Assembly (NCBI GenBank): GCA_038884815.1 | Contig: JAWABC010000001.1 | Span: 1 to 35,831, forward strand | Length of the DNA stretch: 35,831 bases | Direction: 5' to 3' | Source of the DNA: Candidatus Nanoarchaeia archaeon | GTDB taxonomy: Archaea > Nanobdellota > Nanobdellia > SCGC-AAA011-G17 > VGLX01 | Shown here: positions 14,975-23,042 of the stretch, one piece after another | Layout of the letters: each line of letters begins with the position of its first letter | Numbering within the stretch: position 1 is the first letter of the stretch | Made by a program: the position numbers and the translations under genes | The notes under the pieces: generated by a model | The model's database searches: none | Told to the model about the DNA's origin: nothing | The model's input: the letters and a program-made list of their open reading frames with translations, nothing else

Positions 14975-16905
14975 ATTTTCAAGTAATTAAGTAGTTCTGC
15001 ATACCAAGGAAGATTTAAAATGTTTAGCTCAAGGTTTTCTTCATCTCTTTTTATTAGATCCCCGCTCTCATCGCTGTATTCCATATGTAACTGTATGAAC
15101 CCTCTTCTGAATTGTTTTCCTTTAACAGGTATTTCTATTGTATAACTTCCTTCAAGCTCTTCGATTGTTATTTCCCCGACGTTTTTTATTATTATTCTGA
15201 TGTCTTTTGCTTTTGTTCTGGTGAGCAGTGTTAGGTTTAGCGTTGTTTCTTCATTGTAGCCAAGTTTCTTGGGTTCGTACGCTACTATTTTTATGTCTGG
15301 TATTTCCTGAACGTTCAGCGTTATACTTGTTTGTTTGATGTATTTTTCTGTTTCGGCAGTGACCGTTAATGTTTCATTCCTTCTTAGTTCTATCTCAAAT
15401 TCTATTTCTCGCTGCTCGGCTATTGTAAGTTTTGTTTCATTGCATTGGTCTTTTATGCAAACATTTATTTTGTCTAAATTTTTATTTCCAAGATTCCTGA
15501 CCATACATGTTATCTTTGCGTTTTCAGAGCTCGTGTACATTTCCTTGTCAGTTTCGCATTTCAGCTCTATGTTCGTAAACAGTATTTTGTTTTCTCTTTC
15601 TGTCAGCATTTCAAGTATTTGTTCAGCCCATTCTTTTGTGTATTTCTTGAACCCAGGCCCGTATTTTATTTCGCTTTCTGCTGTTTCTGCAAAGTTGCTC
15701 GTTACCTCTATGTCAGCTATGTATATGTAGTTGCTATCTAGGTTGTCAGGTGTTTTTAGTGTCCAGTAGAATTTTTTCTTTTCTCTTGGTTTTAGAACTG
15801 TATGTATTGATGGGTTTTTCTCTACTGTCTGTGGGGCTTTTGTGAGTGTAAAGCTTAATGGCAGGTAATAGTCTTGTGTGTTCTCTGCTTCAACTTCCAG
15901 TATCGTATAGCTTCCGAACGCTACCTCGTCTTCTAAAGGTGCTACTTTCAGTTTTGCTAGTTTTTTTACCTCTCCTCCTTTCTTAAGGACTCTTGTTTTT
16001 ATGTCTGGTGGTGTTGTTTTTATTTCAACCCCTCTTGTTCTTGATGTGTATGTTACAGATGCCTCTCCTGAGTCAAGTGAGTCTTGCATTTTTACATGAC
16101 CGGGATCCACCCATCCGTACTGTCCGAATGTCACATCTACTGGTATCCATCCTTGACCTGGCATGTAGACTTCTGCCCATCCATGGTTTTCGAATTGGTA
16201 ATTAACATTAGAGTACACGACTCCTGAAACGAATCTTGTTGGCACGCCTAAACTTCTCATCATTGATATATACAGATTTGTTATCTCATCGCAAACCCCC
16301 TCTTTGTTTGTTAGAACCCATGATGATTTTTGTACCACTGTTGCTGTCAATGTGTTCAGATCGTATTTTATGGTTTTCCTTACCCATTCCCCGACTTTGT
16401 ATGTTACCATGTACAGGTCTGTTTCCCCTTCTGCTATCTCTGCTGCTTTTTGCTTTATTTGGTCATTTATGTCTATGTATTCTGATGGCATTGTGTACCT
16501 TCTTTCTTCAGGCTCAAGCTCTTGTATAGGGAAGTCAACCTTGCTTGTTATTTTCTTTATTTTGTTGTATGTCCTTACGTCAGAATTTACGTTGTATGTG
16601 AGCTCGTATTTTTGTGGCTCTTCCCAAGTGATGGTTATCTTTCTTTCTCCTTTTTCTACTTCTGCTTGAGGTTCTGTTTTAACATCTAAGCTTAAAACTT
16701 CTTGGTCGTCTGTGTTTATAGGGAACAATTCAAGGTCTGCTTGTAAAGATTCTATGCTTGCTTTGCTTGATTTTTTTTCAGCCTGTATCGTTGTGAATAT
16801 CTCTATGTTAAGGTCTAAGCTTGAGTACTTGCTGTAGCTTTCCTCTGCGGCTGTTGCTATCTGTAAAAGAATCAGTGCTGTTACTATCACCATTAATTTT
16901 TTCAT
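14971..16905 (-). CDS. Secreted transglutaminase-like (Cys-His-Asp) protein with multiple Ig/CARDB-like domains
   Basis: The transglutaminase-core triad context is EGVCDEITNLYISMMRSLGVPTRFVSG, ENHGWAEVYMPGQGWIPVDVT. I place the start at ATG 16905 (MKKLMVIVTALILLQIATA signal peptide). The track start at 17139 would overlap the divergent gene at 16987. The stop overlaps the proS stop (TTAG at 14971-14974). Confidence 0.85.
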   Translation of the reverse strand: MKKLMVIVTALILLQIATAAEESYSKYSSLDLNIEIFTTIQAEKKSSKASIESLQADLELFPINTDDQEVLSLDVKTEPQAEVEKGERKITITWEEPQKYELTYNVNSDVRTYNKIKKITSKVDFPIQELEPEERRYTMPSEYIDINDQIKQKAAEIAEGETDLYMVTYKVGEWVRKTIKYDLNTLTATVVQKSSWVLTNKEGVCDEITNLYISMMRSLGVPTRFVSGVVYSNVNYQFENHGWAEVYMPGQGWIPVDVTFGQYGWVDPGHVKMQDSLDSGEASVTYTSRTRGVEIKTTPPDIKTRVLKKGGEVKKLAKLKVAPLEDEVAFGSYTILEVEAENTQDYYLPLSFTLTKAPQTVEKNPSIHTVLKPREKKKFYWTLKTPDNLDSNYIYIADIEVTSNFAETAESEIKYGPGFKKYTKEWAEQILEMLTERENKILFTNIELKCETDKEMYTSSENAKITCMVRNLGNKNLDKINVCIKDQCNETKLTIAEQREIEFEIELRRNETLTVTAETEKYIKQTSITLNVQEIPDIKIVAYEPKKLGYNEETTLNLTLLTRTKAKDIRIIIKNVGEITIEELEGSYTIEIPVKGKQFRRGFIQLHMEYSDESGDLIKRDEENLELNILNLPWYAELLNYLKI

Positions 16906-16953
16906 CTTTATAGTCAATCTTTTCCATGTATTTAAATCTTTACTCATTTCAAA

Positions 16954-16965
16954 AAATATATAAAA
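16954..16965 (+). promoter_or_regulatory. TATA-like box for the ORF at 16987
   Basis: AAATATATAAAA is centred about 27 nt upstream of ATG 16987. Confidence 0.4.
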
Positions 16966-16986
16966 GAGTTTAATCACATTTTTTTT

Positions 16987-17733
16987 ATGATTGTTAGTTT
17001 TTTTGAGGAGTTTCCAAAAAAAGAGAACCTTTCTAAGCTGAAGCTTGTTGAGTGGCCTACCAAGGTTTACATAGCTGCTAGGAGCCTTAAGGAATTCAGG
17101 AAGTACAAGGCCATGGTCAAAGGCAAGAATGTTATCCAAGTTGTTTATTGGCCTGTTCTTGATAAGTTGGAAGGTTATTGGATTTCTCCCTTTTCCGATA
17201 AATCAGCACTTTTAAGAGTTCTTGGCGAGCTTAAAGGCAAAAACATCCCTGTTATGATAGATGCGGAAATTCCTTTCGCTACGAATGTCCATCTTTATTT
17301 CCGGTCATTTAATTTTTTCAGCAACAAGAAGTTGATTCAGGATTTTGTTAAGAAGCATAAGGATGTTTATGTTTGTGAGTATTATCCTGACGGCAAGCTT
17401 AATGAGGACCTCCTTTCCTTGTTCGGCCTTCATTTTGACTCAGGCAAGTATAAGAGTAAAGTCATAAGGATGGTTTACCACTCCATGCGCAGGTTTGACG
17501 AACCCTTTATACTCTCTGAGATAAAACGTGGCAAGAAGCAGTTCGGCAAGAACTTTATAGTTGCTTATGGAACAATTGCTAAGGGCATTAAAGGTCATGA
17601 ACGGATACTCTCACCTTCTCAGCTTGAGAAGGATTTGAAAATTGCAAAAAAGCTGGGTGTGAAGGAAGTTGTTATTTATCGTCTTGGTGGTTTGAATAAT
17701 GACTATGTTTCTGTAATCAAAAAGTTTTTATAA
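16987..17733 (+). CDS. Hypothetical protein, 248 aa (no family recognised)
   Basis: A long ORF with codon usage like its neighbours and a well-spaced TATA-like box. I found no motif I can name. Confidence 0.6.
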   Translation: MIVSFFEEFPKKENLSKLKLVEWPTKVYIAARSLKEFRKYKAMVKGKNVIQVVYWPVLDKLEGYWISPFSDKSALLRVLGELKGKNIPVMIDAEIPFATNVHLYFRSFNFFSNKKLIQDFVKKHKDVYVCEYYPDGKLNEDLLSLFGLHFDSGKYKSKVIRMVYHSMRRFDEPFILSEIKRGKKQFGKNFIVAYGTIAKGIKGHERILSPSQLEKDLKIAKKLGVKEVVIYRLGGLNNDYVSVIKKFL

Positions 17734-17754
17734 GCTTACCTTTGGTTTTTAGCC

Positions 17755-17994
17755 ATGCATTACTCCATTTATTTTATTAACAAGAATAACTTGTACGTAG
17801 AGGTAGGTTTTAAGAATCGCCGAGAAGCTAAGAGTAAGCTTGAGGAGATAGCTAATTGCTTTCCAGAAGATAGCGCAGTGGGGGAAATTGTGTTCAGGGA
17901 TAATTACATTAACAAAACAACGCAGTATCTGATAAATTATGAAAATAAAAAGGCTTTCCTTAAGTATAAAAGTTCTAAAAAAGCTCTTGAGTAG
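17755..17994 (+). CDS. Hypothetical small protein, 79 aa
   Basis: The call rests on the ORF alone. It fills an otherwise empty gap, and I recognise no motif. Confidence 0.35.
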   Translation: MHYSIYFINKNNLYVEVGFKNRREAKSKLEEIANCFPEDSAVGEIVFRDNYINKTTQYLINYENKKAFLKYKSSKKALE

Positions 17995-18046
17995 TTAACA
18001 AAACTAGTGAGGTAATTTTTTCATTATTCTATTAATAGATGTAAAC

Positions 18047-18247
18047 TTATAATTCGAATTTAGGGTATTCGATAGGTTTTGTTAGCTCTTCTTTTTTACC
18101 TTCCTTGTATTTTTTCATAGTATAGTCCCTGATTCTTCCTGGGATGAAAATTGTTGGTATCAAGTACGGGTTGGTAAAAGAAAACCCTGCTAATATTGTA
18201 GTGGATGGATTCGTGGAAGGTTGATTTTTTGTTTCTGCAGGGGTCAT
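18047..18247 (-). CDS. Hypothetical protein; the frame is open for 35 further codons upstream without ATG/GTG/TTG
   Basis: 66 aa from ATG 18247. The same frame stays open up to 18352 (LFLIDKPLDEKLQQDIKEKFTQHPGYECIIEIPND-MTPAE...), beginning right at the radical-SAM stop codon. Confidence 0.3.
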   Translation of the reverse strand: MTPAETKNQPSTNPSTTILAGFSFTNPYLIPTIFIPGRIRDYTMKKYKEGKKEELTKPIEYPKFEL

Positions 18248-18342
18248 ATCATTTGGTATTTCTATTATGCACTCATACCCGGGGTGTTGTGTAAATTTTT
18301 CTTTGATGTCTTGTTGCAGTTTTTCGTCTAGCGGTTTATCAA

Positions 18343-19224
18343 TCAGAAATAACTATGAGTTAGACTTCCTCTAAATCTTCTTCCTGCTAGTTTTGCTTTT
18401 TCTTCTATTTTCTTTGCATATTTCGTGCCAAAGAGTTTTATTGCTGGGAATTTTGTTATTGCATTAGCTCCTGCTCTCAACAACAAATCAATTTCATCAA
18501 GCTTATTAACCCAGCTTCCTGCTATTATCTCAATTTTTGGGAATTTTATTCTTGTTTTTGCAATCCATTTGGTATAATATTCGCTTTCTGGTCCTTTTTT
18601 GTAAATCGTTCCTTTGTGTGGGTTCAGTCTGTAGAACGTTACCCTATCTATTTTGTATTTTTTTATGAATTTGTGTAGTTTCTCAATGTCTTTTTCAGTT
18701 TCGCCAAGACCAATTATTATCGTAATCCCTTTTTTTAATCCTAACTTATCCGCTTCTATCAACATTTTCTTTATTTCTTCCAAGGGTTTGCTTGGGCATG
18801 CCTCTTTCCTTACTTTCTCATTTATGCTTTCTACTGCTCCAACAACTCCTTCGATGTAAGGCTTGAATTTTTTCATTTCTGTTTTTGATAAAACGCCTAT
18901 GTTGAGCCATTGCTTCTGTCCTGTTGCCTCATAAACTTTTTTTGTTATCTCCACTAATTCTTTTATTGTATAGCTATCATACCCTCCTGATAAGAATTCT
19001 ATTTTCCATCCTTGCTTTTTGCACATCTCTGCTTCCTTCAATATGCCCTCTATCCTTCTCCTCGCCAGTTTTGGGTTCTTTATCCTTGGTTTTTGTATGC
19101 TCATGTAGCAAAAATTGCAGTCTCCTTTGCTGCAGTACCATGAAAGGAATATTGCCCTCTCGAACCAAGTCTCTGCCTTAAAATTTTTCAAGAACACCTT
19201 GTTCGCTTTTTGTATTAAATTCAT
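18343..19224 (-). CDS. Radical-SAM-like (BioB/HydE-fold-like) protein with non-canonical CX4CX2C cluster motif
   Basis: 293 aa. FLSWYCSKGDCNFCYMS gives C31, C36 and C39, verified codon by codon at 19108-19134. A GG-type SAM motif (FLSGGYDS) and an alternating beta/alpha pattern follow. There is no SPASM or extra domain. Confidence 0.75.
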   Translation of the reverse strand: MNLIQKANKVFLKNFKAETWFERAIFLSWYCSKGDCNFCYMSIQKPRIKNPKLARRRIEGILKEAEMCKKQGWKIEFLSGGYDSYTIKELVEITKKVYEATGQKQWLNIGVLSKTEMKKFKPYIEGVVGAVESINEKVRKEACPSKPLEEIKKMLIEADKLGLKKGITIIIGLGETEKDIEKLHKFIKKYKIDRVTFYRLNPHKGTIYKKGPESEYYTKWIAKTRIKFPKIEIIAGSWVNKLDEIDLLLRAGANAITKFPAIKLFGTKYAKKIEEKAKLAGRRFRGSLTHSYF

Positions 19225-19244
19225 AAACGTTCTTCTACTAACAA

Positions 19245-19255
19245 AATTTATAAAC
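19245..19255 (+). promoter_or_regulatory. TATA-like box for the ATP-grasp gene
   Basis: AAATTTATAAA is centred about 27 nt upstream of ATG 19277. Confidence 0.4.
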
Positions 19256-19276
19256 TTTCCTTGTTATGTTTATTTT

Positions 19277-19897
19277 ATGCGTGTTTTGTTGGAAAAGGAG
19301 GCTGAGGATTTTCTTGCTAGGAATCGCTTTAACGTGGTTCCAAGGTTGATCGCTAAAAATGACAAGCAAGTTTTTTCTAAAGCTAACAAGCTTGGTTTCC
19401 CAGTTGTTGTTAAGTTGTTGTCAAGGGATTTTGTCCATAAGACTGAGAAAGGTGCTGTCGAGGTGGATATTCGTGATAAGAAGGAGTTGAAGAAAGCTGT
19501 TAATGAGTTGAAAAAAATTAAGGCTGATGGTTTTTTGGTGCAAAAATTTATTCCTGGTGACTGGTTTTTGGTTGGCTTGAAGAAAGATTCCAGCTTTGGT
19601 CATGTTGTTGCTTTTGGTTTGGGTGGTATTTACACTGAGGTTATGAAGGATGTTTCGTTTAGAGTTTGTCCTCTTTCTAAAAAAGATGTTGATTCCATGC
19701 TTAAAGAAACTAAGGCTTTTGGCATCCTTTCCGGTGCCCGTGGCCGCAAGCATGATATTAACTCTATTAAGAGGTTGTTGTTGAGAATTTCAAGGTTGCC
19801 TCAAAAACATCCTGAGATTGTTGAGCTTGATATCAACCCATTGGTTGTTAATGCCAAACAGGCTGTTATTGTTGACGCAAGGGTTGTTCTTGAATAG
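19277..19897 (+). CDS. ATP-grasp protein resembling the beta subunit/domain of ADP-forming acetyl-CoA synthetase (AcdB-like)
   Basis: 206 aa from ATG 19277; the track start at 19115 overlaps the radical-SAM gene. LLEKEAEDFLARN...FPVVVKLLS..HKTEKGAV...GFLVQKF...GLKKDSSFGHVVAFGLGGIYTEVMKDVSFRVCPL...ELDINPLVV matches the ATP-grasp_5 layout of NDP-forming acyl-CoA synthetases (from memory). Confidence 0.7.
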   Translation: MRVLLEKEAEDFLARNRFNVVPRLIAKNDKQVFSKANKLGFPVVVKLLSRDFVHKTEKGAVEVDIRDKKELKKAVNELKKIKADGFLVQKFIPGDWFLVGLKKDSSFGHVVAFGLGGIYTEVMKDVSFRVCPLSKKDVDSMLKETKAFGILSGARGRKHDINSIKRLLLRISRLPQKHPEIVELDINPLVVNAKQAVIVDARVVLE

Positions 19898-20912
19898 CTT
19901 CTCTGAATTGTTTAATAAATCTTGTAAAGTCTTCTTTTTTTATGTTGGCCCCACACGTGTATTCATGCCCACCTCCATACCCCTCTATCCCAGTAAGTGC
20001 TTTTTTTAATGGTTCATCTATCCTTTTGGTCCTACTTCTAAAGCTTAGTTTTATCTCTCCGCTTTTTTCCCTCCCAACCACTATTATTTTGTCAGGGTGC
20101 CTGTAAGAAAGCTCTACTGACAAGTCTCCTGAAAGGCTGATTTTTTTACTAGGATAAGTAAATAGTAAAATTTCATCCTTTTTTACCCACTTCTCTGCTT
20201 TGTTAAGCAATTCCTTGTACTCCTTTTCTACTTTTTCTGCTCTTTTCCAAAGGTATTTTGCTCTTGGTGTTTCTTTGTTTAATAATTCATATGGTTCGTC
20301 TATCTTTGTTAGTATTGCTATTGATTTATTTACGTCTGATGTTTTTCCTTTTAGCAGGAAATTATACATCCTTATGAGTTTTCCAAATTCTGTCTCATAG
20401 ATTATTCTGCCAGGCTCTTTTTCCTTGCCTATTAAGTCAGGGTATTTTTTTCTGAATTCTTCTATAAAGTCTGGTATTGCATAATCCCCTATTATTCCCA
20501 GTGCAGCTACCCACATCTCGCCATCTGCTACTTGGTACGCTAAGTATGTTGTTGGCAGATAAAGATCTGGATACTTTTGTCGGGGGTTGTAGTATTTGAC
20601 CCCTTTAACATCAGAAAGAGGGTGGTGGTCTAACCATATGATGGGCACATGTACCTTATCTATGAAGTCTTGGCTTATTAGAGGCTTGTCTAGAACCACA
20701 ACAAGGTCGGGATTGTGCTCTTCAACCTTCCTCAGATATGCTACATCCAAGGTTGCGCTGCCCTTGACAACAACTCCTTTTCCTTTTTGGTACTTTTTGT
20801 ATAGTAGGATGTATGATGCCAATCCATCATTATCACAATCGAAGAAGTATAACGGATTCTCAGAATTCTCTATGATTTCTCTTATCTCCTTTACCTGTGT
20901 TTCGGATAGCAT
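19866..20912 (-). CDS. DHH/DHHA1-family phosphoesterase (RecJ-like / nanoRNase-like)
   Basis: 348 aa. Motifs: motif I FFDCDNDGLAS, motif II VVLD, motif III WLDHHP, motif IV GIIGD, and DHHA1 GGGHEYTCGA. The 3' end overlaps the convergent ATP-grasp gene by 32 nt. Confidence 0.85.
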   Translation of the reverse strand: MLSETQVKEIREIIENSENPLYFFDCDNDGLASYILLYKKYQKGKGVVVKGSATLDVAYLRKVEEHNPDLVVVLDKPLISQDFIDKVHVPIIWLDHHPLSDVKGVKYYNPRQKYPDLYLPTTYLAYQVADGEMWVAALGIIGDYAIPDFIEEFRKKYPDLIGKEKEPGRIIYETEFGKLIRMYNFLLKGKTSDVNKSIAILTKIDEPYELLNKETPRAKYLWKRAEKVEKEYKELLNKAEKWVKKDEILLFTYPSKKISLSGDLSVELSYRHPDKIIVVGREKSGEIKLSFRSRTKRIDEPLKKALTGIEGYGGGHEYTCGANIKKEDFTRFIKQFREAIQEQPLRQQ

Positions 20913-22675
20913 TATTTTTTCAGCGTTTTGTCTTGCTCTGCTGCTTTGAATGCTTCATTTATTTTGTCGTCTGACCATCCGACTTTTTTAAGCTTTTCTT
21001 TTATTGCTGCCGGAGTTTCGCCCTTAGTCAAGCTTCTTTCTACGTAGTGTTTTAGTAAAACTTCATTCACAGATTTTTTTGTTGCATCCCACTTTGGTGT
21101 TGTTTCTTCTTTTGCAACCTCTTTAGCTTCTGGTTGCTTTATTGCTAACTTAACATTGGTTGCATCTCCTGTATACTTTGGTTTCCACCCTCCAAACAGC
21201 GTCTTGCTTTTGTAGTACTTGTATATCAGCAGGGTTGCTGCTGCAAAAACTAAGAATCCTCCGATTACTATGATTGTTAGCATAAGGTTCGACTTTTTTA
21301 CTATTCTTGTGCACTTCCCGTCTTGACATACATACTCCGGTGGGCATACCACGTCTTGTGGGCACGTCGAGCATGTTTCTCCTTTTTCCACCATCCCATT
21401 ACCACATAATTGTCGTGGTTGTGGTGGTGTTTCTGGTATTTCTGGTTGTGTAGGCCCTGCTATGGGTTGTACATTTACTGTCCAGTTTTCTGAGTCTGAA
21501 AGCTCTCCATCGCTCACAATCGCTCTTATGATATAGACCCCTTGTGATAATGCTAAGAAGGTGTAGCCGTTCTTGTTTCTTGATTCTTTTTGTTCTTCAT
21601 CATCAACGTACCATCTTATTGTGAGTGTGTCATTGTCATCATCTTTTGCTTGTATGCTGAACTCAACCACATCACCAACATTTTTTAGGGGGTTTATTTG
21701 TGGTGACCTCGATGTTATGACGGGTGCATGTTTGCCTGTTTCTGTTTGCCCGCTCACATTTATCATTACTTCGTTGCTGTCTAGGCTTCCTCCTTGACCG
21801 TCGTACGCTGTGAATATTGCTTTGTCAGTTCCAGTCCAATCTTTTTCAGGCTCAACTCTTGCCTCTGCTGTTGAGTTGTCTATGGTTATGTTTATGTGGT
21901 GCGTATCACTTGTTGTGAACCTGAATGTGTAGGTTAATGTGTCGCCATCATAATCTCCGAAGTAATCATCTAGGTCTATCACTTTTGTCTCGTTTAATTT
22001 CATTGTTACATTATTCAGGTATTCTGTTTTGTTGTAGGGTGGCATATTCACAAATGTGACAATTATGCTTACTGTTGTGCTATTCTCCCCTCCCTTACCA
22101 TCATTGGCAGTAAAGGTTACAGTCCCAGTTCCATACCAGCTTTGCGGTGTCATGGTTGCTGTTGCTCCACTTATCGATATTGAAACACCCGTGCTCGTGC
22201 TTGCGCTATACGTTAAACTATCTCCATCAGGGTCTGTGAAGTAGTTGCTTAGCGTAATACTTTTTTGTTCATTCCTTGGCCATATCTGTTGTGGTATTTC
22301 CGTGAATACAGGAGCCCTGTTTGGTGCTACATTGACTAGGAAGGTGTTGTTTGATGAGGCAAAAACATTGTTGGTGCTGTTAGATGCCATGCAGTTCCAT
22401 TCATACCCTCCATTTGGCACATTGTTTATTGTGAATATGTACTCAGAGCCTTCTGTTACTGCTGTTGAGTTTGTTTGGTTTGCTTGGAATATTCCGTCTA
22501 TGCTGTGCCATAGAGTCAATGATGCTAGGTTTTCATCTGTTGCGATCACGCTGCACCCAAAGTTGATGGTGCTTGACGTTTGCATTCCTGTAGGCCCGCC
22601 AAGCGTCACGGTCATTGCGCTGACGCTCGCTATGGATATTAAAAGAAATATTATTGCTAGTAACCTCTTTTCCAT
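20912..22675 (-). CDS. Type-I membrane surface protein with cadherin/Ig-like repeats, Cys-rich stalk and cytoplasmic tail
   Basis: 587 aa with a signal peptide. Three modules carry (Y)F.DPDGD.LTY-type motifs (NYFTDPDGDSLTYSAS, DYFGDYDGDTLTYTF, DDDNDTLTIRWYV). A Cys-rich CGNGMVEKGETCSTCPQDVVCPPEYVCQDGKC segment, a TM helix and an approximately 100-aa K/E-rich tail follow. There are many N-x-S/T sequons. Confidence 0.8.
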   Translation of the reverse strand: MEKRLLAIIFLLISIASVSAMTVTLGGPTGMQTSSTINFGCSVIATDENLASLTLWHSIDGIFQANQTNSTAVTEGSEYIFTINNVPNGGYEWNCMASNSTNNVFASSNNTFLVNVAPNRAPVFTEIPQQIWPRNEQKSITLSNYFTDPDGDSLTYSASTSTGVSISISGATATMTPQSWYGTGTVTFTANDGKGGENSTTVSIIVTFVNMPPYNKTEYLNNVTMKLNETKVIDLDDYFGDYDGDTLTYTFRFTTSDTHHINITIDNSTAEARVEPEKDWTGTDKAIFTAYDGQGGSLDSNEVMINVSGQTETGKHAPVITSRSPQINPLKNVGDVVEFSIQAKDDDNDTLTIRWYVDDEEQKESRNKNGYTFLALSQGVYIIRAIVSDGELSDSENWTVNVQPIAGPTQPEIPETPPQPRQLCGNGMVEKGETCSTCPQDVVCPPEYVCQDGKCTRIVKKSNLMLTIIVIGGFLVFAAATLLIYKYYKSKTLFGGWKPKYTGDATNVKLAIKQPEAKEVAKEETTPKWDATKKSVNEVLLKHYVERSLTKGETPAAIKEKLKKVGWSDDKINEAFKAAEQDKTLKK

Positions 22676-22766
22676 ACCTCTTTGGTTTATTCTGTGCTTT
22701 AAATATTTTTTGAAATTGAGAAGTGAAAAGGATAATTTTATAAAACATTATTTGTATTGCTAATTC

Positions 22767-23042
22767 ATGTTAAAGTACTTCCTTTTTGGTGCTTTTATAT
22801 TAATTGCAATCCTTGTTTTTATTAAGTTGAGTTCTCTCCGTCACCATGGCAAACCAATGATAAGCTTATCAAGCAGAATTGTAATTTCTTTGTTTTTTCC
22901 AGTTGTTGGTCTTGTTATAATCTTACTAGGCTCTTTCATCCTTGTGCTTGTGGTTTCACTTTTTGTATTGATACTTTTGTTTTTGTTTTTAGTCTTTTTG
23001 TTGTCTAGGCCTAAAGTTTATGTTTTTAAGAAGAAGTTTTAG
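22767..23042 (+). CDS. Small hydrophobic membrane protein
   Basis: 91 aa with three hydrophobic helices. Its stop overlaps the rpl15e stop (TTAG at 23039-23042). Confidence 0.45.
   Translation: MLKYFLFGAFILIAILVFIKLSSLRHHGKPMISLSSRIVISLFFPVVGLVIILLGSFILVLVVSLFVLILLFLFLVFLLSRPKVYVFKKKF

Noticed and set aside
17734-18342. The weakly coding stretch between the 248-aa ORF and the radical-SAM gene, considered as a hidden structured ncRNA (RNase P RNA, SRP RNA).
   Set aside because: The sequence is AT-rich with no extended GC-rich helices or conserved RNase P/SRP motifs recognisable by eye. It is better explained by small ORFs of uncertain validity.
19115-19276. An N-terminal 54-codon extension of the ATP-grasp ORF.
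   Set aside because: It overlaps the 5' end of the radical-SAM gene on the other strand and runs through the shared promoter region. ATG 19277 has a TATA-like box at the right spacing, and the homologous domain begins there.
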